A DNA stretch of 64,000 nucleotides from Octopus vulgaris. Lineage: Eukaryota. The DNA is taken from positions 60,822,001 to 60,886,000 of the forward strand of contig OX597826.1 in the NCBI GenBank assembly GCA_951406725.2. Reading direction: 5' to 3'. Below, piece after piece: positions 1-13,893 of the stretch (its first letter is position 1; each line of letters starts with the position of its first letter). The notes below the pieces were generated by a model. The model worked only from the letters and a program-made list of their open reading frames with translations. It was not told where the DNA came from and searched no databases. The position numbers and the translations under genes are program-made.

Positions 1-167
1 CGTTAGATACATTCTACCACATTTATGAAATATCCTCAATATGGTCTGGTTAATTAGAATTTCTAATTAAAAAGTACTACTGCAAAGCAAAACCTAGCCT
101 CATCATAGCTCCAGTAATTACACATTGTACGTCAGATTTTGCGTGCTTCCTATGGTACAACGTGAAG

Positions 168-310
168 GGTCGTGGCTCAGTGGTTTGGGTGTTGCGCTTA
201 AGATCATAAGATCGTGGTTTCGATGCTTGGATAAGGTGGTGCGTTCTATTCTTAAGCAAAAAAAAAATTCACATTGCTGCTGTCCACCCAGCTGTAAATT
301 AGTGATCCGG
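168..310 (+). mobile_element. Degenerate tRNA-derived SINE fragment
   Basis: A-box-like GTGGCTCAGTGG and B-box-like GGTTTCGATGC, followed by a SINE-like body (CACATTGCTGCTGTCCACCCAGCTG). Confidence 0.5.
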
Positions 311-920
311 CAACGTATTAGATTACTAAAATCTCGGTCGCTTACTCACCAGAGAAACAGACTTTTTAAATCCTACCTTTAAAATACTATTTACATCCTG
401 TTGTATATCTAGTATATATTTACGAACAGCTGTATATTTTGAGACAATGTGTAAACGGCTTTTTTGTCTGTCAGAATCGCTGGAGCGTTGAACTAAATGC
501 TTCGAAGTGTTTATTGCAACTCTCTGAACACTGCGTTCAAATCTCTCCGAGGTCAACTCTGCCTTTTATCCCAACGGTTCCTGGTTAAAATGCATGATTC
601 ACTAAGAACTATATTGTATTTATTGTGACTCTTTTTCTTTCATGCAATATGTTACGATTTGAAGTTCAATTGATGTGCTGTTCTTGATAGTTCAAGAGAC
701 TGTATAGAGACTCGCTCGTTTGCTAGTTATGTTGCTGCTATTTTCTTTTGTTTTTGTTGTTGTTGTTGTTGTTGCTAATTTTCTCTCAGTTTAGAGAAAT
801 TAGATTCTGCATTGTCTGATTAAATCAACACTGATCAGAAATTTGTCTCTACGTAGAAGTTATTTGATAATATTGTTTCCTCGTGAGATTCTAGTCCTTC
901 ACATAACAGGGTAATGGCAA

Positions 921-965
<45 letters not shown>

Positions 966-983
966 CATACATATATATATATT

Positions 984-1047
<64 letters not shown>

Positions 1048-1097
1048 TATTATATATATGTATATGTGTGAGCGTATATATATATTTATTATCACAA

Positions 1098-1173
<76 letters not shown>

Positions 1174-1223
1174 GTATATATATATATATACATACATATA
1201 TATATATGTGTGTGTGTGTGTGT
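921..1223. repeat. Compound (CA)n/(TA)n/(TG)n microsatellite
   Basis: Directly visible; explains the overlapping YI/HT/CV ORFs. Confidence 0.95.
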
Positions 1224-2160
1224 AATCACAAGTGTATACATTCACTCTGATGCACACACTCATATATGAAGTTAATACATGTTAAATATTTCTCATTTCC
1301 GCATACACATGTATATGTACCTAGATTTATTTACATGTGTACGTCTGTATACATGAATGTAGGCATATATGTATACGTACATGTGTGTGTGTGTGTGCGT
1401 GTGCGCATACATGTATTTGTTTGTATAAGCATATGTAAGTAAGTATGTATATATGCTGTATAGATTTTATAGAACACAACATTTGATAATGTTTATTTAC
1501 TGAATAACATACACCAGTATATATTAAGCTCTAACAGCATGTGCGTGTGTATGTGTCTGGGAGAGAGAGAGAGAGAGAAAGAAAGAGAGTATATGTGTAT
1601 GTATCTGTGGATCCATATTTACTTTCACACTCACACCTCAGATACATGCGATGTGTATTTGCGTATGGTTAATTCTCTTTATATATAATCATATATTAAT
1701 AATTCTTAACTCCTCTTCTTAGAGACTATTGTGTGATATCGATGTTTTTTATATGTCAGATAGCCTAAACTACTGGTCTCCATATCCGGTGCTATTAGAA
1801 CAAGAACCTTGTGTCTCGTGGTGATTCGTCCCTCTGGCGGTTAATTAGAGAGCATAGAATTGTTGGAGTAAATGCAGACCTTGGTCTAAACAAGAACAAG
1901 TATTCACACTTTCATGCCAGAACACTGCTGGATCAAGGTTTGCTTGAAGCTTCCCAGATGAAGGCAGACCTAAAGCTAAACAACGTGAGTGCATCAGCAC
2001 TGATGACTCAGAAACGCTGCGCTGACTTGGGCTTATATAACAACAACTAAAACGAAAGTATGAGGGAGCTTTTACGACACAGTTCTGCCATCTAGAAATA
2101 ACAGAGAAACCTCTCAAATCTCTCTCAGATCATACACAATTGTCCATATTACGCAAGGGG

Positions 2161-2300
2161 CATACATACATACATACATATACATATATATATATATATG
2201 TGTGTTTGTGTGTGTGTATGAATGTATATATATATGTGTGTGTGTGTGTATGTATATGTGTGTGTATATATATATATATGTATATGTGTGCGCACGTCTG

Positions 2301-2332
<32 letters not shown>

Positions 2333-2476
2333 CGCGTGTGTGCGTGTCTGTGTTTGTGTGTGTATATACTTACATACATATCTACTTATATTTATATGCA
2401 TAAATTGATATATATATGCATATATATACACACACACACATATATATATACGTATATATATATATACATATATATA
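2161..2476. repeat. Compound (TA)n/(TG)n/(CA)n microsatellite
   Basis: Directly visible. Confidence 0.95.
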
Positions 2477-3149
2477 AATAATATATTAAAAGTCAGTTTG
2501 AATCTTGCTTGCTTGCGTGCAATGTTACCCAGCCAATCTGGCGCATAATAGGAAAATACTATGAATTAAGAAAACCCTGAAATGCTAATACGAACGGAAT
2601 GAAACAAGTTTCACGTAAATCGGAGCATTAGTTATAGAGATATTTGGGGTTTGGTGGGGATAAATACCCAAAACAGTGCATAATGGGAAAATGTTCCGAA
2701 TATAACTTCATTCTGAAAGGGAAGAAAATCTAACCTTTCGATCAGACAGTGATTTGACGACGAAAAAATACGAAGTTTTTTCTTGAAGTAAATGTTAAAG
2801 TTTTTGCTTTTGTTAAAAACAATAAGTTAATCATTTAGAAAAATTTTTAAGTGAATGTGATTTCAAAAAGTTAAGCTGCTTGCACAATAAATATTTATAA
2901 TTTAGCTTTCTTTAAACTGAAAATATTTTAATGTTTTTAAAATTATTTTCAAGTGATTACCATTACAAAAATACTTTTTGGTATATTTAAAAATGTTTTA
3001 AAGTGAAAATGATTTTTAAAAATACGGCAGATATTTCGTAAAAGACCTGTTCGTAACCTCGGTGTGAAATAGTTTTTTCCATAGTTTGTTTCGAGTGCAT
3101 TCAATATATCATACACCCCCAAAATTAGACTGCTATTTCTAACACACGC

Positions 3150-3208
3150 TGCTACCACGTAACAGATATTTGCGATAAAGGACCCGAAATATCTGTTACG
3201 TGGTAGCA
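3150..3208. repeat. 22-bp perfect inverted repeat with 15-nt spacer
   Basis: TGCTACCACGTAACAGATATTT (3150-3171) and AAATATCTGTTACGTGGTAGCA (3187-3208). Confidence 0.9.
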
Positions 3209-3395
3209 AGTCGTACAAGAAATAATAGCCAAATCTTTCTTTTTCTTAGGAAAGGAGCCGTTTACGCATGATTTCGATCTCACATTCGTTGAAAGCATGC
3301 GAAATAACCTGGGTAAGAAGAAAACCCACAAAACAAAACTCTGTTCCTGAGAAACTCAGAGTTTCACAGTGACCCAATGGTTCACGGATAGTCTA

Positions 3396-3454
<59 letters not shown>

Positions 3455-3878
3455 GGTAGAAGAAAATTATAATGTGGATTTGTTTAAGCTGTGCTTCACA
3501 TTGCCAGGAAATAACTCACATCCTTGATTTCATGACCTTCCTCTGTGACACACATAGAATGAGACATGTAGGATGCATTTATGAAACTGCAACGAATTTC
3601 CGCTCATCCAATTATAGTTTTGAGTGCGGCTTTCTGCAGCATGTCTGTCATGCCTAGCCCTCTTCATCTGCTGGTTCAGGCGTTGAGATGTTTTATAATA
3701 ATCGGCATGTTCACTTTTAGGGGCTTTGGGAGTTGGTCAGGATTATTCTGCGTCCTTGTCTTTGATTTTGACGCCAAGGGTGGTCCCACCAGGATTTAGG
3801 ATTCCCGACTGCTCCGCTCTCAGTGTCACTGGTCCACGCAAAACCCTCCACACGACAAGGTGCGGCCATTATATTATA

Positions 3879-4626
3879 CTAGCATTAAAGACCCGTCGTT
3901 GCCGGGTCATAGTGCTAGTGCATGTATATATGTATATATATATATATATGTGTGTACATATTACATGTACATCTATATATATATACATCTACACATAAAA
4001 TGCAAAATACAAAGTTATATCTTGATATCGTTAGTGATAACAATACTCAAAATATTAAACAGACTGGAATTGTTAGCTCTTCTCTTTTCTCTACATTGTA
4101 TACTTTATAGACAATAGTCTTTTCTTTAATTTAATTTTTTATTATCCATCTGGACTATTCCATTTTTACACGCTAATTATATTTTTAATTTATTCCCATT
4201 CATGTGAAACCACTTATTAAAGTTCAAATTATTGATGCAATTTTATACCAATTGCTATTTTTACTTTTGTATGTTACGATTATATTATACTTTAGTTTGA
4301 TTTTAATTATTACTTACTACATATAATTCAATTGCTATTATTATTTTTATTGTTAAAGTGAAAGCATCTGACATAAAATGGAGAAATATTTTTGTTTCAC
4401 TTTTAACACGTAATACTGAAATAGTGGAGAAGATATGATATTACTATGGGCTCGCTCTAGGCAAGAAGTTGAACATTTCTTTTTGCCCATGACACTCCTC
4501 GGACCCTAAGTAAGGCATGAGTAAAATTTGAATGAAATTGGTTGTGTAGTTCTCAAGTTTTAGGGAAACACACAGACAGACAGACAGACAGACAGACACA
4601 CATTCTCAGTTTTATATATATAAAGA
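3879..4626 (-). mobile_element. Non-autonomous Helitron
   Basis: Minus strand starts A|TCTTTATATATATAAAA...(TGTC)n and ends with hairpin GACCCG..CGGGTC followed by CTAG|T; no TSD. Confidence 0.7.
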
Positions 4627-4708
4627 TTATATCATATTATCTTATTATCTGTTACCTTTGAAGAGCTTTGTGCCTAACATAGAAAGGATTATTATTATTA
4701 AGCGACGA

Positions 4709-5080
4709 AAGGCGGCTAGCTGGCAAAATCATTACCACGCCGGACAAAATGCTTAGCGGTATTTTGTTCGTTCTTGGTTTTGGGTTCAAATTCGGCCGAC
4801 ATTGCCTTTCAGTCATTCGATTCCGATAAAATAGGTACCAGTTGAACTGGCCTTGTGCCAAAACTTGATACCATTATTAAGGGGAGGAGTTAGCAGAACT
4901 ATTAACACGCCGGCGTTTCGTTCGTCTTTCAGTTTGGGTTGAAATTCTACGATGGTCGTCTTTGCCTTCCAACTTTTCGGTACCGATAAAGTAAGTACCA
5001 GTTGAGTGGTGGAGTCGTTCAACCCCCATCCTCTCACATACACCAAATTTTCAGGCTTTGTCCCTATAATAGGAAGTATT
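4709..5080 (+). mobile_element. Two tandem degenerate copies of SINE family A (alternative tail)
   Basis: GGCGGCTAGCTGGCAAAATC head, GGGTTCAAATTC B box and GATAAAATAGGTACCAGTTGA body, then a second diverged copy. Confidence 0.75.
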
Positions 5081-5212
5081 ATTATTGTTATATCATTATA
5101 TTCTATTTATCTTTCGAATTATTATAGATCAGTAATGTTTATGTATGAATTTCTCATATTGATTCGATTCCATTTACATATTAATTCGTACTTAATTATT
5201 CATAAATCAATC

Positions 5213-5270
5213 ACACACACACACACACACATACTATATATATATGTGTGTGTGTGAGTGTGCGTGTGTT

Positions 5271-5368
<98 letters not shown>

Positions 5369-5620
5369 GTGTATGTATGTATGTATATTTCCGATTCATT
5401 CTTTCAATCTAAGTCTTTATATCTCTTTACATAAAACTAGAAGCTCTCTCTCTCTCTCTCACTCTCTCTCTCTCTATTTATCTATCTCTATCTATCTATC
5501 TATCTATCTATCTCTCTCTCTCTATCTCTCTCTCACTCTATCTCTCTCTATCTCTCTCTCACTCTATCTCTCTCTATCTCTCTCTATCTCTATCTCGCAC
5601 ACACACATGCACACACACCA
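5213..5620. repeat. (CA)n, (GATA)n and (CT)n microsatellites
   Basis: Directly visible. Confidence 0.95.
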
Positions 5621-6060
5621 CAGAGTTGATGACAATTGATGAAAATTGGTGAATAAAAATCAATTTGCATCAGAACTAAAGTGATTTAGTGATTTCTTGT
5701 GTATATTCTTATATTTTATAGAATAAAGTATCTGAAACTTTACACATAAATACATACGTACGTGTGCGTTTGTTTGTGTTTGTGTGTGTGTGTGTATGTA
5801 TGTGTGCGTGTGTGTGTGTGTATGTGTGTAATAAAACTTTGCTTTCTTTTGTTCTTATGATTTTGGACAAAACAAAGAAATGTCCATTTCCATCATATTG
5901 GTATGTTTATTGAGTGTCTTGGCATTGCTGTCTTAGCTTCGTACAAAATCTCTAACAGCAGGGTTTACACTGACGGTAAGTGATTCACGAAAGCTTCACA
6001 GTGGTCTCAAAATGAAGGATTGGTCATTTTTGTGGAACCTAGCTGTCGGGATAGGTAACG

Positions 6061-6074
6061 GTAGTAGTAGTAGA

Positions 6075-6146
<72 letters not shown>

Positions 6147-6228
6147 TACTAGTAGTAGTAGCAAGCAGCAGCAGCAGTTGTAGTAGTAGTAGTATAGGAA
6201 CAGTAGCAGTAGTAGTAGTAGTAGTAGT

Positions 6229-6290
<62 letters not shown>

Positions 6291-6311
6291 TAGCAGCAGT
6301 AGTAGTAGTAT

Positions 6312-6355
<44 letters not shown>
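6061..6355. repeat. (TAG)n/(CAG)n trinucleotide array
   Basis: Directly visible; explains the poly-L and poly-V ORFs. Confidence 0.95.
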
Positions 6356-7047
6356 ACAGCAACGACAATAGAAACAGGAGTACGTTTGTTGTCTCTGTTT
6401 TTAGCAAACTTCTGACTAAAGCCTCTCTTCTCGGAAACTCAATGCCACATTATCCACTGTTTTATTTTTCTGTAAAAAAAAAAAACAGTAGAATGTAATT
6501 TGACGGAGATTTAGTTGTAATTTCTAGTATGGCGAGTGACCTAGTCGAGGAGCGCTAGATTGACTTGTGGAAGAAAATTGGATGTTTCTGGTGTGTTCTG
6601 ATTGCGGCGTAAAGACTTTTATAGTAGCATTAGATAAACCAGAGTTTCGGTAAGATAAAACTGTAGTCTTGTGATTATGATAATTTAGCCCTGGTCTGTT
6701 TTACTTATGATCAAAGTCATTCCAATCTTGAGAATCGTGTACTGTTTACTACGTGCAAGGAAAGTGAATTTTACCAAACATCAAGTTCGCTTTCTTGTAG
6801 AGGCAGAATTAGATGTCCCTGTATAGAGGGTCCATGTTTCAGTGTGTATACGAACTGCTGCTTTATATTAATATATTTGTCTATTTTAAACAGGCATTTA
6901 GTGAACTATAGCATTGGAAAATAGGATTTTCCAACAGATTAATCTTTAGTTTATTGTCTTTATGATAATGAGATTGACAAAGGAGTCTGTGTATAACTCG
7001 AGCGAAAATGAGTACCACAATCTAATTTCCTTTAACAATTCACACCC

Positions 7048-7054
7048 ATGTATG

Positions 7055-7096
<42 letters not shown>

Positions 7097-7098
7097 CA

Positions 7099-7134
<36 letters not shown>

Positions 7135-7319
7135 TATATAAACATATATATATATATACACACATATATATATGTATATATATATATATATGTGTGTCTG
7201 TGTGTGTGTGTATGTATGTATGTATGCATGCATATGTATATAGGTAAAAATAAATTAATGAGTGCATGCGTTACATAAATAATAAATATATATATGTATA
7301 TGTACGTATGTATATATAT

Positions 7320-7386
<67 letters not shown>

Positions 7387-7395
7387 CATACATAC
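7048..7395. repeat. Compound (TA)n/(CATA)n/(CA)n microsatellite
   Basis: Directly visible. Confidence 0.95.
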
Positions 7396-7829
7396 AGGCA
7401 TGTTATATTTTCTGTATTCTTTTTATTTAATCATGAAAAAAATATATACATATATATTTACACAGAGAGACAGACAGACGGCCTTATGTGCAAAGCGTAC
7501 ATGAGGGAATTTAAGAGCAAATTCTTCCTTTGAGAATATTTTAGTGAAAAATACCCTATTGATTAAAAGAAAACTTTTATTGCAAGATGCGGAAGAAAAT
7601 CAGGTGCGAGCTCATCGTTTCCGAGTTCAACGTGTATTAGAGGTCTTTCTTTGGAAGGCCAGCGACTTTTGTTATCTTCTTTGCATTTTGTCTATATGTA
7701 TCGGAAGAAATTTATGCTGCAATAGCCAGCCTTTGTTTATTCAAATTATGTTAATTCATTTGATCCCGGGCTATGAATAGTTTTAAAGGAAACCATTTTA
7801 GAGCCACGAATTACGATTTTAGCTAAACA

Positions 7830-8032
7830 ACGTAATAGTTAGCGCGCTGGGCAAAATGCTTGGCGCTAAATCGTCCAATTTGACATTCTGAGTTCAAATT
7901 CTTCTGAGGCCGACTTTAGCTTTCATCCATTCCATTTCGGTAAAATAAGTCCCAGTTGAGCGTCTGGATCGATGTGAAGAACTTAACCCCCTCCCTGAAT
8001 TTCCTGGCCTTATGTTAAAATTTCAAACCAAT
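7830..8032 (+). mobile_element. SINE family A, degenerate
   Basis: GTTAGCGCGCTGGGCAAAATGCTT...TTCTGAGTTCAAATT...TTTCATCC matches the better copies at 13456 and 36349. Confidence 0.7.
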
Positions 8033-8811
8033 ATTAATTCATTCCGTTGTGAAACAGTGTGCATTATATAACATATTTAATTCAACTTTATTTTATTTAT
8101 CGTTTCAATTATGAAGTCCTTAATATTCGTGTTCAACTATAAAAGTGCTTAGTGTTCGTATTCTATTTATATTCCTGTACTATTATTTGTACATAGCTGC
8201 TATTTTCTTTTACTTAAATGTCATCACGCTCTCAATCGACGAAGCTAAATTTTCCAGTACACTTGTGTTACATGCTACTGACTGAACTAAATGATGAATT
8301 CGAACCTGGTATCACTGTTCTGTCTGCTCTCGGTATTGTTTATTTTATGAAGTGGTTAGTTATTATTGTAATAAAATAACTAGAAAGTGTTTTTTTTTTA
8401 ATATTTGTATTCTCTACAGCTCATATATTTTTATTCAATTCACAATTTGGAAGTTCTCAAGTGTGTTCTCTCAAAACAATAGAAATTAAAATGTGTCTAT
8501 GCATACCAGTGTGTATAATGAAAATATCTTTGCGTGTATGCACATATGCATGCACACACACAAACACACTCACACACATATATATATATACATACGTATG
8601 TATCAACGTATGTATATGATGTGCGTGCGTGCGTGCGTGTGTATAGACTTACTGGCATATGAGTGCATAGATTTATTCCCAGCGGAAGTGTACAATGATC
8701 TGCTTACACAAACATATACAAAGGTATTTTGCGTGGATAAACGAATGTATGCAAATACAAACACATATATGCATATACATAAGTACATATATACACACAC
8801 GCATATGTATG

Positions 8812-8854
<43 letters not shown>

Positions 8855-9777
8855 ATGTATGTATGTGTGAATGTATGTATGTATGTATGTATATGAAATT
8901 ACTCGAGCTCATATGTCAAATGAGAACTGAAGACAGATGTATATATGTATAAAATGTATGAATTAGTAAAGCACAAAATAAACGTCTGCATTCCAAACAG
9001 AGTATATAGCATTACTGCGCTATTAAAACTGAAACATATTCTTTAAACTTGATCTCAGATAAAAGCTCAAATGATTCCCCCATGATATTTAGAATGAATT
9101 CGGTTGAATGCACATCATGTGCACCTGCACTACGCTAGTTGATAATGAGCTTTTTCTCACCCTCTGTGCCTCCCACACCTTTTATTTCCTTCCTATTTTT
9201 TTTTTCCCATTTTCTTCTCCCCCTCCCCTCTCTTTGTCACTCCCTCCATCACTTTCTCTCCCTTTCTCTTTCCCTCTCACATATTTTCCTTTTCTTTTTT
9301 TTTTTTTTGCATTTCCATATTTCCTCGCTCTCGAATCGGACGCAAGCAGCTCACATATGCAAAACCATTTGCCTCTTCTTGTATCTAGCAATTTCTGTTT
9401 AAAAATAACATTCTCTCAATTCCTCTCCAACTTACACTTGCGTTTATATTACGATGCAGCAAATTACTCTTAAATGAGAAGATTACATCAGGACGTGACT
9501 GTAATTTGAACTCACATCCTCAAAATTTTACGTCCCGCTAAATATAATTATAATCAACAGACACGTCTTGTTGAACCCTAGGCTAAACAAGACTTCCGCT
9601 ACAACTGTTGCTTTGCCTCTTTTCTATAGAAATATTTCGAAATCTCTGTTGTTGACTATCTGTTCGAAAATTTGATCCTGGCTTCGCAGATTTATTATCT
9701 CTGTGCTGGAGAAATTAGATTTCATTTCTTAGCTTTTACGAGACTAATTTGAACAACAAAGTGTTCAAATAACTCTT

Positions 9778-9976
9778 TTCAAATTTTGGCTCAAGGCCAG
9801 GAATTTCGGGGGGTGGGACTATATCAGTCCCCAGGGCTCAATTGTTATTTATATTATGGACTGCAAAAGATGAAAGGCAAGATCGATCTTAACAGAATTT
9901 GAACTCAGGACGCAAAGACGAAATGCTGCTGTACATTTTGACTGGCGTGCTAACGGTTCTGTCAGCTTGCCGCCTT
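9778..9976 (-). mobile_element. SINE family A, degenerate
   Basis: Reverse-complement match to family A (GATGAAAGGCAAG...GAATTTGAACTCAG...GCTTGCCGCC). Confidence 0.7.
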
Positions 9977-10198
9977 AAAGCATTCTAATAATCAATACAA
10001 GAAAAGAGACAAACTTCTCCGGAACTTTTCTAAAGACAAACTTTATTAGTAAAAATATATTCGAAATTGCCGAAACGAAAATACCGGCGCAATGCTTTGT
10101 TTTCTTGCGCATTTTATCATCGTACTCCATATCAATGAGCACTAAATAGAGAATCATTACAAGAATTACCAATACTTGCTGAACATATATTATCAGTA

Positions 10199-10482
10199 TT
10201 CTTTTATTCTTTTACTTGTTTCAGTCGTTTGACTGCAGCCATGCTGGAGCACCGCCTTTAGTCTAACAAATCGACTCCTGGACTTATACTTTGTAAGCCT
10301 AGTACTTATTCTGTCGCTGTCTTTTGCCGAACCGTTAAGTTACGGGGGCGTAAACACACCAGCATCTGTTGTCAAGCGATGTTGGGGGAGGACAAACCCA
10401 GACACACAAATACACACACACACACATATATATATATCTGTGTGTGTGACGGGCTTCTTTCAGTTTCCGTCTACTAAATCAG
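10199..10482 (-). mobile_element. SINE family B, 3' half plus part of 5' half
   Basis: Reverse-complement match to the full copy at 63248-63684. Confidence 0.8.
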
Positions 10483-10494
10483 CATATATCAAAA

Positions 10495-10658
10495 ACTTCT
10501 GTAAATGATTATTCCGGAGCATATTCACCATCTACTTCAATTACTGCTTCCCATTGGGTTGGCAGACGGTCACACCGTCATTTAAAGATGTTTTTGTTAA
10601 ATATTGTTTTTTTTTAATAAAATTTGTTGTAAAAAAGCCGCAATAGCTATGCACCAAC

Positions 10659-10662
<4 letters not shown>
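10495..10662 (-). mobile_element. Internally deleted mariner remnant
   Basis: Minus-strand TIR TA|TTGGGTTGGTGCATAGCTATTGCGGC (mariner type) and a C-terminal peptide DRLPTQWEAVIEVDGEYAPE*. Confidence 0.65.
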
Positions 10663-10718
<56 letters not shown>

Positions 10719-10722
10719 TATA

Positions 10723-10754
<32 letters not shown>

Positions 10755-10780
10755 ATATATATAATATATATATATATATA

Positions 10781-10845
<65 letters not shown>

Positions 10846-10864
10846 TAATATATATATATATATA

Positions 10865-10915
<51 letters not shown>
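10663..10915. repeat. (TA)n / (TATATAA)n array
   Basis: Directly visible. Confidence 0.95.
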
Positions 10916-10916
10916 A

Positions 10917-11490
10917 GAGACGCACTTGGCGGAAATTTCTTTTACTTTTTTTGTGGGAGGGGTATGGAATCCCACGTTTTCGGTTATGGAGATTCCGATA
11001 CTGAAAACAAATTTTTTTAAATCACAACTTCAAAAATTTAATTCGTTATTACTGCTGGAAATTACTCTGAAAGAAATCTTTGCAGAACTGTGAGTAGATT
11101 GATTACATATTTCTTTCATTATGTTATCACAGTTTGTGAGATCTGGCTGTTATTTCTAGCATGTGGATTGTCAAGGCCGTAGAATCGGGAGAGGAGGATT
11201 TGGGGTAATTTATTTAATTTTTTTTTTTTTTTTGAAAAATAGAAAGTTTACACACAATTTTATTTCAGAGTCATAATCTCCGTATTTTTCTACGTATTTC
11301 GCAGAAAAAAAATTCTAGAAAATGTGAAAAAAAAACGAAGAAATGGGGGAGGAAGAGAGGGTGGGGGATTAAATTTGGAGTTGCGACTTTTGAAATTTTT
11401 TTCAGAATCAGAATCTCCATAGCCGAAACGTGGGATTCCGTAACAAAGAAAAAAAATTTAAGGTGGTGTGGAGGGGTCCGTGTACGTCTC
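10917..11490. mobile_element. MITE-like element with ~125-bp imperfect terminal inverted repeats
   Basis: GGAATCCCACGTTTTCGGTTATGGAGATTC (left) is inverted at GAATCTCCATAGCCGAAACGTGGGATTCC (right); ends are GAGACG and CGTCTC. Confidence 0.65.
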
Positions 11491-12770
11491 CATCATATGC
11501 GCCGTTTATTTCCATGTGTCATTAACATTGATAGTTTGCGTGATGGTGAAGTCACGTTTACATTGTTACGTTTACATTATGACCAAATTTTGCTACATTC
11601 TAATGCGTCCTGTAGCCCAACGCTTTTGTCGATTTTGATATGTTTATACCAGTGTTGTTGAAGAAAGACTTGCATTACCAACAAAGACTACATACATTTA
11701 ATGTTGCTGAGAATGTCGGTTGTCAAGAACATAAACTAAGTGAAAACGAGAAGCTTGTCATGAATAGAATGCTTTTAAAGTAACTAACCAAATACAATTA
11801 AAGATGGCTGATGAACAACAAGTACACATTCAATAAATAGCAGTTACAGAAAAGCTGCCGATGGCCTTTATCAAACCGCAAACAGTACTAGGTTTGACAG
11901 AAATCTCTGAGTAAGACAAAACACAGGTTAGATCTCAGTCGTACTTACTTGAACAATAGAAGTGAAGTACGTTCAAATATGACACTGTACATGGCAATAA
12001 TTTTCAAGAAATAGATTCTGTTGATCCTGTATCTAAAATTTGTAAAACGAGCGGGGATATGGAAACAAGAGGTAGCTGCAATGTGCTGTTCCGATGGAAC
12101 TGTTAACCTGCCAGTCTTTGTTGTTCAACCAGTACCTCAAAGACAGCTTCCTAGACAGAAATCTAAAGAATTTTGCAGAATTTCGAAAATATATAACTCT
12201 GCTTTCCTAATGGTTTTATTTGGAATCAACTTTAACACAGAAGAGGGATTCATGCCAACTATTAGATAAAAGGCCAAATCTAGCACATCTAGTACATCTC
12301 TTTAGAAAAGAGTCCCTGTTTCAGCAGCTGTACTTTGCTAGGTGGAATAAGGAAACATGCTAAGAATAGAAATCTCGCTTTTTGAGAATAAATTATGACA
12401 AGAACTCTGTCGAAAGTTTCAAGTATGCATCGGATATTGTGCCCATCTTCGAGGTTGAAATTGTCAATGTGGAAAATAGGTGACCCTCAAGAGACATGCA
12501 TGCTATCTCAAGCACCTGAATGCAATGAGGCTGCAGTCAACCTGAATGGTGAGGCCTAGAGAAAAACTGCATTCAGAAGTGCAACAATCACTCGGTCGAG
12601 AATTTAAATGATATACTGCAATAACCTCATTATGTCAATAATTAAGATGAGTACCACACTAGTATACCAGAAAGTGGATCAAATTCTTCAAAATCTGTCT
12701 CATATATTACTTTATGCCAATCCCTTCATAGAGATCATGCAGCTCCTTCTTATATTCTCTTCATCTACAT

Positions 12771-12874
12771 TGCTGATGGCAATCAGAGAGGTTGTGCTGC
12801 ATTAAAACCCATCAAAAGGTGCTGATGGCAATCAGAGAGGTTGTGCTGCATTAAAACCCATCAAAAGGTGCTGA
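12771..12874. repeat. Exact 49-bp tandem duplication
   Basis: TGCTGATGGCAATCAGAGAGG...CATCAAAAGG twice, plus a partial third start. Confidence 0.95.
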
Positions 12875-13455
12875 GGCAGGCTCTGGTATGTATTGATAAG
12901 TTTCAATTCATCAATGATGTAATTTCAGAAGAGATTGGTGAAATGTTTCCTTTATGTTTTAGCTGGTAACTCTTGAGATATGAATGAACTCACGATCTTC
13001 AGTGGTATGGTAGCTTTGAACAAAAGGGTGAACATTTCATTTCATTGCTTTTATCTGCAACTCCAAATAGAAAGAAACGACCCTTCAAGGTCAAACATAC
13101 ATTTATAGTGATCATCTCAAAGTCATTGTTTTCCATTTAAAGCTGAGAAAGATAATAAAGTGAAATATTTGGAGTGAACAGTTATTACATATATACAATA
13201 AGATATGAAGATACAGCTTGCAACAGGGAAACATTTTGATCAGGTTAACTAAAAAGCAGGGATTTCAGCAGAGCAGAATTACAACTAGTCGTCAGCAATG
13301 AAAGCAACAACTACAGCAACAAGTTACCAAGAAAATATTGAAAATAAGTTTTTTCAGACGGATATCAGTAATCCAGACTTAGCCACGAGTCACTGCTATT
13401 CTATGATAATATGCATTCAAGCAATGGCCATCCCTTCTTAAAAGAGCCTTATACC

Positions 13456-13687
13456 TATTTCTTTACTACCCACAAGGGGCTAAACACAGAGGGGACGAAC
13501 AAGGACAGACAAACGTATTAAGTCGATTACATCGACCCCAGTCCGTAACTGGTACTTAATTTATCGACCCCGAAAGGATGAAAGGCAAAGTCGACCTCGG
13601 CGGAATTTGAACTCAGAACGTATCGGCGGACGAAATACGGCTACGCATTTTGCCCAGCGTGCTAACGATTCTGCCAGATCGCCGCCT
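13456..13687 (-). mobile_element. SINE family A, full length, long tail (possibly octopus OR1-like)
   Basis: tRNA-like head with B box GAGTTCAAATTC; near-identical to copies at 16199, 36349 and 38165; flanking repeat GCCTTATACC at 13446 and 13684. Family name is tentative. Confidence 0.88.
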
Positions 13688-13862
13688 TATACCGCACTCT
13701 TATACTTCGACTCATAATGTATGTAGAAATAGTAGTGTATGTATGAATACTCATATGTGGGAATATATAGATATAAATGTATATGAGTGTGTGTCGTTAA
13801 AATATATGTATATAAGCACGTGCGTGCATGTAAAAAAAAAAAATATATAGAGAGAGAGATAA

Positions 13863-13893
<31 letters not shown>

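Noticed and set aside
810-855. CTGATTA...GAAATTTGTC hammerhead-like string
   Set aside because: G8 is lost and there is no stem I pairing.
1994-2025. TCAGCA-CTGATGA-CTCA-GAAA-CGCTG-CGCTGA
   Set aside because: Stem I partly pairs, but there is no stem II and no valid NUH triplet; cannot be told from chance.
12771-12874. Repeat as a CRISPR-like array
   Set aside because: Head-to-tail duplication with no spacers, in a eukaryotic context.
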